Positions 1-9,566 of a stretch of DNA of 64,000 bases are shown in pieces. This stretch comes from a virus (Duplodnaviria; Heunggongvirae; Uroviricota; Caudoviricetes). The translations under genes were made by a program, and so were the position numbers. The stretch lies in the IMG/VR virus record IMGVR_UViG_3300045988_007243; one strand, given 5' to 3'. Each line of letters opens with the position of its first letter. Position 1 is the first letter of the stretch. The notes under the pieces are model-generated. The model was not told the origin of the DNA. It did not search any database and worked only from the letters and a program-made list of their open reading frames with translations.

Positions 1-665
1 AGAAGGATGGTGAGGATATCCCTAGTGCCAATTCTGCAACTTACACAAAACAGTCAGTAGCACCTTCTGACGCTGGTTCATACACTTGTGTTGTATCTGG
101 AGAGGGTGGAACAAGTGTTACCTCAGATGCAGCAACAGTTACTGTGAACGCACTACCTGTGATTACCAAGCAACCTTCTAATCAGACTATTAATGAAGGT
201 GGAAACATCAACTTAGCAGTTACTGCAACAGGTGCGACAGGTTACCAGTGGAAGAAAGATGGCTCTGACATTCCTTCAGCGACAAACGCTACCTATAGCA
301 AGTCTGGTGCTCTGCCAGCAGATGCAGGTTCATACACTTGCGTTGTAACAGGTGCAGGTGGTTCTGTTACTTCTAGCCCTGCAACAGTTACTGTGAATGC
401 ACTTCCGGTAATCACTCAGCAACCAACCAATCAAGAAATCACTGAAGGTGAGACCTTAACACTGAATGTTGTGGCAACAGGTGCGACAGGTTATCAGTGG
501 AAGAAAGGTGAGGAAGTCATCCCAGATGCAACTGCTGCAACTTACACCAAAGAAGGTGCAACCGCTGCTGATGCAGGAAGCTACACCTGTGTAGTGACTG
601 GCGCAGGTGGCTCTGTAACATCTAATGCAGCAACAGTTACAGTTAACCCAGCAGGGGAGGCGTAA
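1..665 (+). CDS. Ig-like domain repeat protein, 5'-truncated at window edge (structural or decoration protein candidate)
   Basis: Open frame runs from nt 3 with no stop to TAA at 663-665; 83-aa units repeat with the conserved GSYTCVV Ig-type motif; track ORF 144..665 is the same frame from an internal GTG. Confidence 0.6.
   Translation, partial: KDGEDIPSANSATYTKQSVAPSDAGSYTCVVSGEGGTSVTSDAATVTVNALPVITKQPSNQTINEGGNINLAVTATGATGYQWKKDGSDIPSATNATYSKSGALPADAGSYTCVVTGAGGSVTSSPATVTVNALPVITQQPTNQEITEGETLTLNVVATGATGYQWKKGEEVIPDATAATYTKEGATAADAGSYTCVVTGAGGSVTSNAATVTVNPAGEA
147..644 (+). repeat. Tandem 249-bp in-frame coding repeat (2 full copies, a third partial copy upstream)
   Basis: NALPVIT...GSYTCVVTGAGGSVTS...ATVTV unit repeated at protein and DNA level. 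Confidence 0.7.
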
Positions 666-1129
666 TGCAACTCTCAAGAAAAGGTTTAGATGCTATTAAG
701 TTCTTCGAAGGTCTGAAGTTAGAGGCTTACGAAGACTCTGCCGGAATCCCAACAATCGGGTATGGGACAATCCGTATTGACGGGAAACCTGTTAAGATGG
801 GTATGAAAATCACGGCTGAACAAGCTGAACAGTATCTTCTCGCAGATGTTGAAAAGTTTGTTGCAGCAGTGAACAAAGCTATCAAGGTTCCAACTTCTCA
901 GAATGAGTTCGATGCACTTGTAAGTGAAACATACAACATCGGTATCACAGCTATGCAGGATTCTACATTTATCAAGCGCCACAATGCTGGTAATAAGGTA
1001 GGTTGTGCAGAAGCTATGCAGTGGTGGAACAAGATTACAGTCAAAGGTAAGAAGGTCACTTCAAACGGCTTGAAAAACAGACGTAGAATGGAAGCTGACA
1101 TTTATCTTGACAGTGTATATCCAAAGTAA
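665..1129 (+). CDS. Endolysin, GH24 T4-type lysozyme
   Basis: N-terminal FFEGLKLEAYEDSAGIPTIGYGT matches the T4 lysozyme catalytic Glu/Asp region ([22 protein letters not shown]); start ATG overlaps upstream stop (TAATG). Confidence 0.85.
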   Translation: MQLSRKGLDAIKFFEGLKLEAYEDSAGIPTIGYGTIRIDGKPVKMGMKITAEQAEQYLLADVEKFVAAVNKAIKVPTSQNEFDALVSETYNIGITAMQDSTFIKRHNAGNKVGCAEAMQWWNKITVKGKKVTSNGLKNRRRMEADIYLDSVYPK

Positions 1130-1138
1130 TATCTTCAT

Positions 1139-1162
1139 AGGCTCCTTCGGGAGCCTTTTTTA
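1139..1162 (+). terminator. Rho-independent terminator
   Basis: AGGCTCCTTCGGGAGCCT hairpin followed by T-run, then RBS AAGGAGAAAACTATG of the next gene. Confidence 0.7.
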
Positions 1163-1180
1163 TTTTCTAAGGAGAAAACT

Positions 1181-1579
1181 ATGAAACTTTGGGCTAGTGA
1201 TTTTGGGACTTTTAAATACACTCGTAATGGTTCGCTTGTACGCATCATTGGAAACAATGTAGTTTCAAGAGGCGACAAGGTGTATACACGGTTTACTGTA
1301 GAGCTTGTTGAACTGTCACCTATTGAGTCTGTGAACAATGGTATGTTCAAGTTTGAGACTTACAATGTCAATGAGCATGGACAATTCAATCCTCTTGGTG
1401 AAAGTGGACTTGATATTATTTCAGAGCACCCATTGACAAAAGAGCAACTTGCAGGTTACTATAAAACTGTTCTTGAAAGGCAGTTAGCAACACATGAACA
1501 AGAAGCTAACTACCATTTACAGCATTGCGAAACTTTAAGAGCAAAAATCGAACAAGCAGAGAGAGGTTTTTATGAATAA
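1181..1579 (+). CDS. Hypothetical protein (early operon)
   Basis: ORF with RBS; 132 aa; no recognisable motif. Confidence 0.5.
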   Translation: MKLWASDFGTFKYTRNGSLVRIIGNNVVSRGDKVYTRFTVELVELSPIESVNNGMFKFETYNVNEHGQFNPLGESGLDIISEHPLTKEQLAGYYKTVLERQLATHEQEANYHLQHCETLRAKIEQAERGFYE

Positions 1580-1967
1580 TAACAGTCATATCCACGTTAA
1601 AGTTGATGTCAGTCGTTACAGCGAAAATGAGGAACTAGACCTGCGAGATGCTCTTCTATTTGAGAAGAATGGCAATCTTCATTTGCATTTTGAAGGTACA
1701 AATACGTACCTCCACAGATGCCGAGATGATGCAGACGGTTGTCCTGTTTTTGCTTGGTATAATTTAGAGTTTCCTCTTTATGCCATCCACTATCCAGATG
1801 GTGGAGAAGACTGGACTACCCAATCAATCTTTGATGAGCTTAACGGTATTCCAGTTGAGCAAGAAGAGCAAGAACCTGTTGAACTCACCTTTACTTTCAT
1901 CAAAGAAGAGAAAGTTGGTGATTTGTCTGTAACTGAAGCAATTCAAGTTTCACAGGTTATTCGTTAA
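1572..1967 (+). CDS. Hypothetical protein
   Basis: ORF overlapping the upstream stop (translational coupling). Confidence 0.5.
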   Translation: MNNNSHIHVKVDVSRYSENEELDLRDALLFEKNGNLHLHFEGTNTYLHRCRDDADGCPVFAWYNLEFPLYAIHYPDGGEDWTTQSIFDELNGIPVEQEEQEPVELTFTFIKEEKVGDLSVTEAIQVSQVIR

Positions 1968-2260
1968 TGAGCAAAGTACAGGTTATCTTCCCTATTTGTG
2001 ACTTCTCACTAGAGCGTGAACTTGACCTGTACGAAGAAATTACTGACGAAATCATCTGGTCTGTTGTAGAAGAGGCTATCAAGAAGCTGTATGGTGGCCT
2101 CTTAAACCCATCAAGTAAAAAGCTCAATACTAAACAAGTAGCTGATACGTACACTTCATACGATGCCTACAACAAACCTTTTGAGAATACCTGCTTTGAC
2201 CTTATGGTAGGTAATAATAAAGTCAACTATTTCTTCGTCAGAGAGTTTAACGATGAGTAA
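1967..2260 (+). CDS. Hypothetical protein
   Basis: Coupled ORF, 97 aa. Confidence 0.45.
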   Translation: MSKVQVIFPICDFSLERELDLYEEITDEIIWSVVEEAIKKLYGGLLNPSSKKLNTKQVADTYTSYDAYNKPFENTCFDLMVGNNKVNYFFVREFNDE

Positions 2261-2597
2261 GCTCCATGTCACAGTGTACAAAAACTTCTCAGATATTAAA
2301 GAGTCTTTAACCAATAAGCTTGACATGCAACGGAAAAGACTCTTTTTAATGTATGACATTGATAACTACAACCACCCTAGAGAGTTTAACTACAAGGATG
2401 GTACAAAGGTTGTTGAATTTGAAGATTCTGTAACAGTGTATGTCAAACATGACTTACCAGCAAAGTACATAGGGATGTTAGAGTATTACATATTTAAACA
2501 TACAGGTATGCGTGGTGAGTCTGTCAAGATATCTTCTATAGAAGTTTTTGAGAAACCTAACACACAACTTAAAAAGTATTTAATGAGGAAACTATAA
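2253..2597 (+). CDS. Hypothetical protein
   Basis: Coupled ORF, 114 aa. Confidence 0.45.
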   Translation: MSKLHVTVYKNFSDIKESLTNKLDMQRKRLFLMYDIDNYNHPREFNYKDGTKVVEFEDSVTVYVKHDLPAKYIGMLEYYIFKHTGMRGESVKISSIEVFEKPNTQLKKYLMRKL

Positions 2598-3178
2598 TGT
2601 CAGAAGAACATGAGCACATCCAACCAGAAGTTACATTAGTCAAACATTTCGGGAATGTAGAAGGCTGTGTAGCACTTTTTCAGACCAACATTAACTCTCC
2701 AGTCAAACTGTGCAAATTGACGATAAACACCAACAACATCAGTGTATGTGTGAATGAAGAAGTTCAATACTTCAAATTCAATGACAAAGAGGTCGATGCT
2801 GCACTATTGAAATATAGAGCAAATCTTGAAAAAGATATTGACCATAAAGAGGTGGTGAGTCTCTTTGCAGACCTTCATAAGCTTCTTGATAAGGTTGAAA
2901 AAAGAACATACTACATGAATAATGGTTCTATCATTACCACTATGATTTCACCATGTATCTCTGAGCCAATCTTCACAGATGACGGTGCTTACTACATTGT
3001 AGCTTCAGCGGTATCTGATTGGTGGTTAAAGAACAACGCCCTGAAAACAGTGATTGATGCTATCAGAGAGCACATCCCTACATTCAGCCCGTGGAAAGGG
3101 AAAGGTGATGAGTTTATCGCACTATTGAGTGAAGAGAGCAACAAGCGCAGTGCATTACTGCCTAAAAAATACTCTTGA
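2597..3178 (+). CDS. Hypothetical protein
   Basis: Coupled ORF, 193 aa. Confidence 0.5.
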   Translation: MSEEHEHIQPEVTLVKHFGNVEGCVALFQTNINSPVKLCKLTINTNNISVCVNEEVQYFKFNDKEVDAALLKYRANLEKDIDHKEVVSLFADLHKLLDKVEKRTYYMNNGSIITTMISPCISEPIFTDDGAYYIVASAVSDWWLKNNALKTVIDAIREHIPTFSPWKGKGDEFIALLSEESNKRSALLPKKYS

Positions 3179-3261
3179 CCGAATATACAACATTAACTAT
3201 GATGGGAGCTATCGAGAGGTAGTTCCCTTTTTAGTTTCTTGAGAAGATACGTGGTGAAAGA

Positions 3262-3480
3262 ATGAAAAAACTAACTACAGTTGAAGATTACTACAAACTG
3301 TCCCTGTTAGAACAGTATCGCAGAAGCCAGAATATCAGAAAATGCTATGGTAAACACGCCGAAGGTGATTTTTACCATTGCTATGATGCAGATTTAAAAG
3401 GCGTAACACCTAGAGGGAAAGTTCTGCAAAGATTTGTTGACCTTGAATGGAACAAACGATTGAGAGGGGTTGGAAAATGA
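3262..3480 (+). CDS. Hypothetical protein
   Basis: ORF, 72 aa. Confidence 0.4.
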   Translation: MKKLTTVEDYYKLSLLEQYRRSQNIRKCYGKHAEGDFYHCYDADLKGVTPRGKVLQRFVDLEWNKRLRGVGK

Positions 3481-3980
3481 TTTACGAAGAGAGATACAAG
3501 ATAGATTATCAGGATACTCGACATCACACTTCTTTAAGAGTGACAAAACCAAATGGAGATACTGGTATCATAGCACATTTTGGTGGTGATTATTGGTACG
3601 GTACGGGTTGCTTTGAAGGCTACAGTCAAGAATACTTGAAAGCTTTCTACAGAGACTTTACAAACGACTACAACAGGGTTGTTGATGAAAAGAATAAGTG
3701 CATTAAGCATGAACACCATGCCAGAGGTTGTCTAAGTATTGTTATGGTACTTGCGTTCTTCTTAGCAATGTTACTGGCAGTATCAGCAATTAGCTGCATA
3801 GCTCAAGATTTGACAATTACACAGATTACTGCAAAGCTACATGATGTTTGGTACTTGTATGCTGTTCCTTTAGCTGGTATTATCATCTCACTAATGAGGT
3901 TCAGAGTTCATAAGAAACGACTTAAGGACTCTGAGGGTAAACTTGAAGAGGTAAGTAAAGAATGCAACCTACAATTATAG
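3477..3980 (+). CDS. Hypothetical membrane protein
   Basis: ATGA start/stop overlap with upstream gene and GAGGGG RBS; two hydrophobic segments (LSIVMVLAFFLAMLLAVSAI, YAVPLAGIIISLM); track start 3447 is probably too early. Confidence 0.5.
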   Translation: MIYEERYKIDYQDTRHHTSLRVTKPNGDTGIIAHFGGDYWYGTGCFEGYSQEYLKAFYRDFTNDYNRVVDEKNKCIKHEHHARGCLSIVMVLAFFLAMLLAVSAISCIAQDLTITQITAKLHDVWYLYAVPLAGIIISLMRFRVHKKRLKDSEGKLEEVSKECNLQL

Positions 3981-4056
3981 CTGTATGTATTCGTTTTGCA
4001 ATCGCTGAAATGATTAACAAGGCAATCTTGAAAGATGCCTATGGAGAGACTAAGTA

Positions 4057-4281
4057 ATGATTAAGACACCTGTACCAATTTTTGGATTTCCTTCTATAGA
4101 AGAGTTTAAAGTTTATCTTGACAAAAACTTCTACAATGAGCAGCCTGTTACTTTACTGAAGAGTGACTTATCAGAGCTTCTTGATATGGTTATCAAGGCA
4201 ACTTCTGAGAAGGAACCTGAGCAGAAAGCTGAGAAGAAGACTAGTAAGAAATCCGATAAGAAGACTGAAAAGTCTGAGTAA
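4057..4281 (+). CDS. Hypothetical protein with Lys/Glu-rich C-terminus
   Basis: ORF, 74 aa. Confidence 0.4.
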   Translation: MIKTPVPIFGFPSIEEFKVYLDKNFYNEQPVTLLKSDLSELLDMVIKATSEKEPEQKAEKKTSKKSDKKTEKSE

Positions 4282-4333
4282 TAACTTAGGGGTTACTTGA
4301 TAGCCCCTTTGTAGAAACTTAGAAGGTAGCGAA

Positions 4334-4756
4334 ATGAAAGAGCTTATTGGTAAAAGATTGACAGTTTATTGCTCTAAAACAAAGAAACCACTCACTTCTG
4401 TGAAGGTCTTTGATGTTGACGACACTGGTGTAGAGTATCCAATCCAATGCACAATAATTACTCCATTCAATGCAGATGATATGGATTTTAAAGAGTGCGA
4501 AGTGATATCTTTTAATGCTGATGGGTATTGGAGAGGTAAGTTAAACAAGCAATCGAAAGATTTTGATATGCAAATCCTCATCAATGAAGGCTATATCGGT
4601 GTAAAAGATATCCTTGTAGAAGCCTATGAAGAAGGTATAATAGATGTTGTGCATGATGTTGAAGAAGCTTTAAAGCTCATTATGCCACATTTAGAATCTG
4701 GAAAGCTGACTTTAGAGATGCTTAATAGGGTTATTCGGAGAGCTTATGAAAATTAA
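4334..4756 (+). CDS. Hypothetical protein
   Basis: ORF, 140 aa. Confidence 0.5.
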   Translation: MKELIGKRLTVYCSKTKKPLTSVKVFDVDDTGVEYPIQCTIITPFNADDMDFKECEVISFNADGYWRGKLNKQSKDFDMQILINEGYIGVKDILVEAYEEGIIDVVHDVEEALKLIMPHLESGKLTLEMLNRVIRRAYEN

Positions 4757-5210
4757 AGAAGTCGTTCAAAAAGCCATGCTTAACAATTCAACTAAACATG
4801 AAATGTACATAGAGATTTGTGATAAGTTGAACTGCTCAAGACATGCTGCTAAGGTTCTTGTACATTGTTTTATCTGGGAATGCTCAGAGGCTTATATGCA
4901 ATATGTAGCGTTTGAGAGTTCTCACTTACTAGGTGATGTAGAAGCTGGTGAGAAGCTAAAAGAACCTGAAGTGAAAACAGTCCCTAAAGTTGGTAATACA
5001 TACCCTCTTAAAGACTTCAAGACTGGAAAGGTTGTTGCAAAAGGTGTAGTAGAATCTGTTTATCACGATGGTAAATACTTACTTAAAATATTTGAGTATG
5101 ATAGCCACCACACACACTTATGTGGGATTACATTCTTAGTAACAGAAGAAGACCTCATTAAGAACAACGGCAACAAGTTCGCAGTTCCAGCTTACCAAGT
5201 TTTACGATAA
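4746..5210 (+). CDS. Hypothetical protein
   Basis: Coupled ORF, 154 aa. Confidence 0.5.
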   Translation: MKIKEVVQKAMLNNSTKHEMYIEICDKLNCSRHAAKVLVHCFIWECSEAYMQYVAFESSHLLGDVEAGEKLKEPEVKTVPKVGNTYPLKDFKTGKVVAKGVVESVYHDGKYLLKIFEYDSHHTHLCGITFLVTEEDLIKNNGNKFAVPAYQVLR

Positions 5211-5214
5211 TGGT

Positions 5215-5772
5215 GTGATAGATATGGAAAAAGATAACTTAAAAGAAGTTGAAGGTAACTACTTAGTACTTGACTGGAATGATATTCGTGGAGCACTCTA
5301 CGAAGAAAGCCTTAATAGGTTAGAACAAATTATCTTTGCAGTACGGGGTTACAGAGAGGTTCAAAATGGTAAAGAGCCACTTGAAGGAATCTTTGTAGAG
5401 AAGTCTTATCCGTTCTATGAAGACACTTTACAGAAAGTTAAAATGTACTTTAGACAGAAGAACCGTAAAGTGGTCACTATGGTATCTCTTGGTGGACAGA
5501 ATATGTCTGTGATGGAAGATATTAATCCTAAGAGACCGAGTAAAGGTATCTGTATAAAAATCACAGGACATGAAGAGTATATCTCAGTGGATGATTTTAG
5601 TTCATTCTGTAATGGCTCTTGTGTCTTTAATGGTTTTCACTATGATATCCGAGTGTACCCAATCAAGGGAGATGATATCATGATGCAGGTATTTGATAAC
5701 AACAACGGCTTTACTCATTTTTATCAGACAACCAAGTCATCACTAAAAACAGTTCTGGAAACACTGATTTAA
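5215..5772 (+). CDS. Hypothetical protein
   Basis: ORF, 185 aa; last gene of the plus-strand block. Confidence 0.5.
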   Translation: MIDMEKDNLKEVEGNYLVLDWNDIRGALYEESLNRLEQIIFAVRGYREVQNGKEPLEGIFVEKSYPFYEDTLQKVKMYFRQKNRKVVTMVSLGGQNMSVMEDINPKRPSKGICIKITGHEEYISVDDFSSFCNGSCVFNGFHYDIRVYPIKGDDIMMQVFDNNNGFTHFYQTTKSSLKTVLETLI

Positions 5773-5783
5773 AATATCTTAAG

Positions 5784-5808
5784 AGCCTCCTTAATTGGGG
5801 GCTTTTTT
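5784..5808 (+). terminator. Rho-independent terminator closing the plus-strand early operon
   Basis: AGCCTCC-TTAATT-GGGGGCT hairpin followed by TTTTTT. Confidence 0.65.
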
Positions 5809-5809
5809 A

Positions 5810-7436
5810 ATTTTTATAAAATTTTATCGGTTGTCCCAACCTCTGGGTCACCATCATATGTGAATAAAATATCTATCCTTCTTAGCAACCTTCTTAATCT
5901 TACTCTCTATATAGTTATATAGTACTATATAGTATCTTAGTAACTATCTAGTGGTCTTAATAGCCCTCTGTATAACCCTTCTAACAAGCCCTCTAACAAA
6001 CCTTCTTAACAACCTATACAATCACCTTAACCATCTCTCTACACCTTCTTAGAAGCCCCTATACACCTCTTAATCTCTATGTCAGCTATGATACCCTCTA
6101 TAGGTGTTCACTAGGAAATACTAAGCCTCTATATAGACTGTTTTAACAAACTTAACAGGAATATCTTTACAGACCTTATCTCACAAGGTCTAACACGGTA
6201 CTAACAAGGTATCTTATAAGCCTGTTTATGCCTGTATTTTTAAAAGACTGTATAGGTAATTATTCAGAATTTTAAAATTTTTATAAAATAGGACTATCAA
6301 GTCATTTTTTAGGGTCTTTGAAGGGACTCAAAAATATCTGATTAGGGTGTATATCTGCTTGGTAGCCCTTAACAGCTCCCTTACAAGTACTTTGCAAAAT
6401 TTTAAAATATCCTTAACAATCTCTTAACAGTTCTCACATCTTCTTAACAACTCTTCAAAGGTCTTAACAGATTCTTAACAGAACTAACAAGGCTGTAACA
6501 GTTTCTTAACAGTTGATACATAGGCTTTACAGAATCTTAACAGATGACTAATAAGAGCTAACAGGGATTGGTAGATGATTCGGATGAAGCATCCTCATAA
6601 CAATACCAATTAGTTAATTTTAAAGAGTTATTTTGTTAAGATAATTAACAAGTTTCTAACAAGTATTTAATCTTTTTAACAAGCTATTAACATGGTCACT
6701 ACTCTTTTCTTATCGTTCCCTCTCCCTCTTAGTGATTCTCTAAACATACCTCTTAAAAGCTCTCTATAGCTCTTTATAAGCCCTTTTAAGCCTCTTCCTA
6801 GTAATTACACCCCAACTGTACAGACACCTTTTTATAGAGCTTTACAGGAGCTTTTAAGGCTATGTCAAAGACTCTTACAAGGCTTTTACGTGGTTTTAAC
6901 AGAGATTTAACAAGGGGCTAACAAGTTGCTAACAAGTGCCTTAAAAGCATAACTATGTAGGGATTGTTAAGAATTTGTTAAGAAAATGTTAAGGGGGCTA
7001 GCATTTACGTAACTTTATAGCTTCTTTTACGTAACTTTGAAGCAACTTTATAGCCCCTATAACATACTTTTAAGACACTAACAATAGGATTCGATAGATT
7101 CCTATCTCATAGCCCTTTTTAGTAGTTCACAAGAATACTAACGAGATAATAAAGCTTATAACCTTATAAGATTCTTTTAAGCCTCTATAAAGCCCTGTAA
7201 AGAGCTTTTTAGGGTGAGTTAATGCAATCCCTTAAGTTATATTGATAAGGCTGTTATAGAGCTTTATAGAGCGTTTTAGTGGTTGCCCTTCCCTTTCGGG
7301 TTATGGGCTTATATTTAAGTTGATTTGATAAGAGGTTATAGAGTAAACTATAGAGTTATTGCTTTTAAGGTATGGGATAGATTCTGGAAAGGAAAGGGAA
7401 AGGATTGTATAGGGATTCGATAAGACGTAAAAAAGC
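5810..7436. repeat. ORF-free G-poor region with dense short iterons (CTTAACAG/CTAACAAG, CTCTATAG/CTTTATAG, CTTTTAAG families)
   Basis: No ORF of 60 aa or more in any frame over about 1.6 kb between convergent transcription units; more than 30 TAACA(A/G) words, locally phased about 10-11 bp (6400-6560); TTTACGTAACTTT twice near 7000. Confidence 0.6.
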
Positions 7437-7491
7437 CCCTATGAGAAGGAGCTTTGAAGGTATCTGGGGCTATTTAGCCCCGTTGCGTCGA
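7437..7491 (-). terminator. Terminator region at the end of the minus-strand early array
   Basis: GGGGCTAAATAGCCCC hairpin and a GGGGC followed by a U-run on the minus strand, just past the stop of 7492..7740. Confidence 0.45.
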
Positions 7492-7740
7492 TTAGTTGTA
7501 ACCTTGTTTATTGTAGTACAGTGAGATAATCAAGTCACCCCAGTAATGATAGTGATGCTCGTCGTTTAATGCCTCTTTTACAGCGTCTTTCCAGAAGTCA
7601 TCAGTAGGGTTATAATCTGGGATAACTTGCTTGATAACTGTCTTCACTAATGAAAAACACTCATCAGTTCCACCAATATCAAATTTAACGTCCAGAGTAT
7701 AACAGCCATAAGCATTGACAGTTGCGCGGATAGTTGCCAT
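7492..7740 (-). CDS. Hypothetical early protein
   Basis: ORF preceded by the conserved leader AACTAGGAGATTCAAAAATG. Confidence 0.55.
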   Translation of the reverse strand: MATIRATVNAYGCYTLDVKFDIGGTDECFSLVKTVIKQVIPDYNPTDDFWKDAVKEALNDEHHYHYWGDLIISLYYNKQGYN

Positions 7741-7834
7741 TTTTGAATCTCCTAGTTTAAGGACTTTACTTAGTGGGGAAGGCCATTCCCTCCCCGTTGA
7801 TGAGTAATTTACTGCATGTTGGCGTATGTTGCAA
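7741..7834 (-). promoter_or_regulatory. Early promoter-leader cassette, family A (TTGCAA-N17-TAAATT, leader stem-loop GGGGAGGGAATGGCCTTCCCC, RBS)
   Basis: Sigma70-like -35/-10 with 17-bp spacer; the -10 overlaps the stop of the upstream gene; near-identical copies precede four other genes. Confidence 0.6.
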
Positions 7835-8072
7835 GCCTTTTTTCGTTGTATTTTGTAAGAATCTCACAAGATAAAACATCGTAATTTGTAATAGCGTTGC
7901 CTTTGTCGAGGTCAAAGAATCCAAACGCTTTACCGTCTTTGAATCCTACAACTTCATAAGACTCTTTGATGATTTCACCATTGAACAAATCGCTTTCAAT
8001 GCGGTGTAATAATGCTACGTTTTCTTTGTCGGTTGCGATTTGTAAAAGTGTGGTCAATTCTACGTTTTCCAT
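7809..8072 (-). CDS. Hypothetical early protein
   Basis: ORF with conserved leader. Confidence 0.55.
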   Translation of the reverse strand: MENVELTTLLQIATDKENVALLHRIESDLFNGEIIKESYEVVGFKDGKAFGFFDLDKGNAITNYDVLSCEILTKYNEKRLATYANMQ

Positions 8073-8163
8073 CTTGATAACTCCTAGTTTAAGGACTTTA
8101 CTTAGTAGGGAGGTTATCCCTCCCGTTGATTAGTAATTTACTTGTTTTGATATCTGATTGCAA
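8073..8163 (-). promoter_or_regulatory. Early promoter-leader cassette, family A
   Basis: TTGCAA-N17-TAAATT then GGGAGGGATAACCTCCC stem-loop and RBS; an additional TTGACA-N17-TAACTT candidate lies further upstream near 8240-8270. Confidence 0.55.
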
Positions 8164-8292
8164 GCAATTTTTTAAGTTTATCTATAAAGAATCTTTTAAG
8201 TTAATCCCTTTTAGATAAACCCCCTCGAACAAAGTTACCAATGTCAAGGGGCATTGTCAACACTTTTTTAAAAGTTTTTTGTAAGTTATTGA

Positions 8293-8634
8293 TTAACTGA
8301 TGAATATTTTTTCAGGTTTTACATAGCTGATACGCTGACTTTTTAGCAAGTCATCCCAGATTATTGCCGCAATATGAGAATAACCAGACTCACGCAAGAG
8401 CTTCATTGCTTTACATCTCGTTTCAAATCTGGTTGCGTAGTACTCACTATTCAAAACAGTTTTCTTCCCTTCGTTATCTGTATGGATAATCTGCATTACT
8501 TGAAAGGGGCTGACATCCTCGCCTTTGTTCCATTGCTCAAAGTATTTTAGGCACTGCATAGGTGACATCTTATCGCTTACTTGAGTTGACCAAGATGCGC
8601 CAGCTTTATCGGTAATTACGGTTACATAAGCCAT
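8293..8634 (-). CDS. Hypothetical early protein
   Basis: ORF with conserved leader, 113 aa. Confidence 0.55.
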   Translation of the reverse strand: MAYVTVITDKAGASWSTQVSDKMSPMQCLKYFEQWNKGEDVSPFQVMQIIHTDNEGKKTVLNSEYYATRFETRCKAMKLLRESGYSHIAAIIWDDLLKSQRISYVKPEKIFIS

Positions 8635-8726
8635 TTTTGAATCTCCAGTTTAGGATTTTATTTAGTGGGGAAGGTCATCCCCTCCCCGTTGATTGACAAT
8701 TTACAGATTTTTATCAGGCTTGTCTA
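8635..8726 (-). promoter_or_regulatory. Early promoter-leader cassette, family A
   Basis: TAGACA-N17-TAAATT, leader stem-loop GGGGAGGGGATGACCTTCCCC, RBS GGAGAT. Confidence 0.55.
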
Positions 8727-8957
8727 GTCTTTTTCAATGATAATTTCATATTGACCGTCAACACTGTCGAAATAGATTCCGTCGTCATCTTCTGTCTTAA
8801 AGTAACATTGTATATCATCACTGGCGGGATAGTCTTGCCTTGCTATCTGGCAAACTTGAATAGCATTTTCTTTACTTCCTGTAAACTCTTCAAGCCCTTT
8901 AAAGTCACATGAATGGCCATTACAAATTGAGAGGATGAGATAAACGGTTGTAAGCAT
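8724..8957 (-). CDS. Hypothetical early protein with hydrophobic N-terminus
   Basis: ORF, 77 aa; upstream AGCCCCTTGTAGGGGCT hairpin plus RBS. Confidence 0.45.
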   Translation of the reverse strand: MLTTVYLILSICNGHSCDFKGLEEFTGSKENAIQVCQIARQDYPASDDIQCYFKTEDDDGIYFDSVDGQYEIIIEKD

Positions 8958-9023
8958 GATTTAAGCCCTCTAAAAGCCCCTACAAGGGGCTGATTAGTGT
9001 TTATAAGGTGATTGCATAGGTTT

Positions 9024-9566
9024 TTAGAAAAAGCTCTTTAAATCCTCTTCTGCAATGTTTCCTGTCAGTGTGTCCATGATGTCACAAAAAACCTGAATAC
9101 TGTCGGACTGTTGAACACTTTTAGCAAGAAGTTCCAGAGACTTATCAAGATAGTTTAAATTTGGGTTATCCAGTGAAGGAAGACAAAAAGGCGAAAACAT
9201 AGCATTAAATTCAGTGATGTAAACCTTTTTAATCCAATTTAAATCGAAATATTCTGTAAAACTTGCCACACTCGACATATTATCACAAGAATAATCATCA
9301 TTTAACTCATCTTCTGGAATATCAAGTTCCAAGATGACAATGTTTTGAGTTTTCATCTGAAAAGCTGCGGTGATAGTGGCATTGCCCAGAGCTTGTTGTA
9401 TACCTTCAGATGCTATCTCTTCCGCATCGTCGCCATAGATTTTATTTTCTGGATAAACGTAAAAATTGCCGTCCATATCCGAACAATTCCATGCACCTGA
9501 TGGCTTATCACCGTTATTAATCAGGTTGAGGAAATTTTCTTGAGTAGTTCCGTGATAACATTTCAT
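9024..9566 (-). CDS. Candidate ADP-ribosyltransferase (H-Y-E class, Arr/diphtheria-toxin-like N-terminal YHGT motif)
   Basis: N-terminus MKCYHGTT...GAW...GNFYVYPENKIY resembles the NAD-binding (F)YHGT...W.GFY signature of Arr, diphtheria toxin and exotoxin A; acidic stretch ILELDIPEDE could carry the catalytic Glu; motif-level only. Confidence 0.35.
   Translation of the reverse strand: MKCYHGTTQENFLNLINNGDKPSGAWNCSDMDGNFYVYPENKIYGDDAEEIASEGIQQALGNATITAAFQMKTQNIVILELDIPEDELNDDYSCDNMSSVASFTEYFDLNWIKKVYITEFNAMFSPFCLPSLDNPNLNYLDKSLELLAKSVQQSDSIQVFCDIMDTLTGNIAEEDLKSFF

Noticed and set aside
1-665. Diversity-generating retroelement targeting the Ig-like repeats
   Set aside because: No reverse transcriptase gene and no template repeat with adenine-specific mismatches in the window; repeat differences are not A-biased.
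5810-7436. tRNA gene cluster in the large ORF-free region (Felix O1-like phages often carry many tRNAs)
   Set aside because: No cloverleaf-compatible acceptor/T-arm pairs and no GTTCGAATC-type T-loops seen by eye; GATTCGATA-like words lack flanking stems. A tRNAscan run would settle it.
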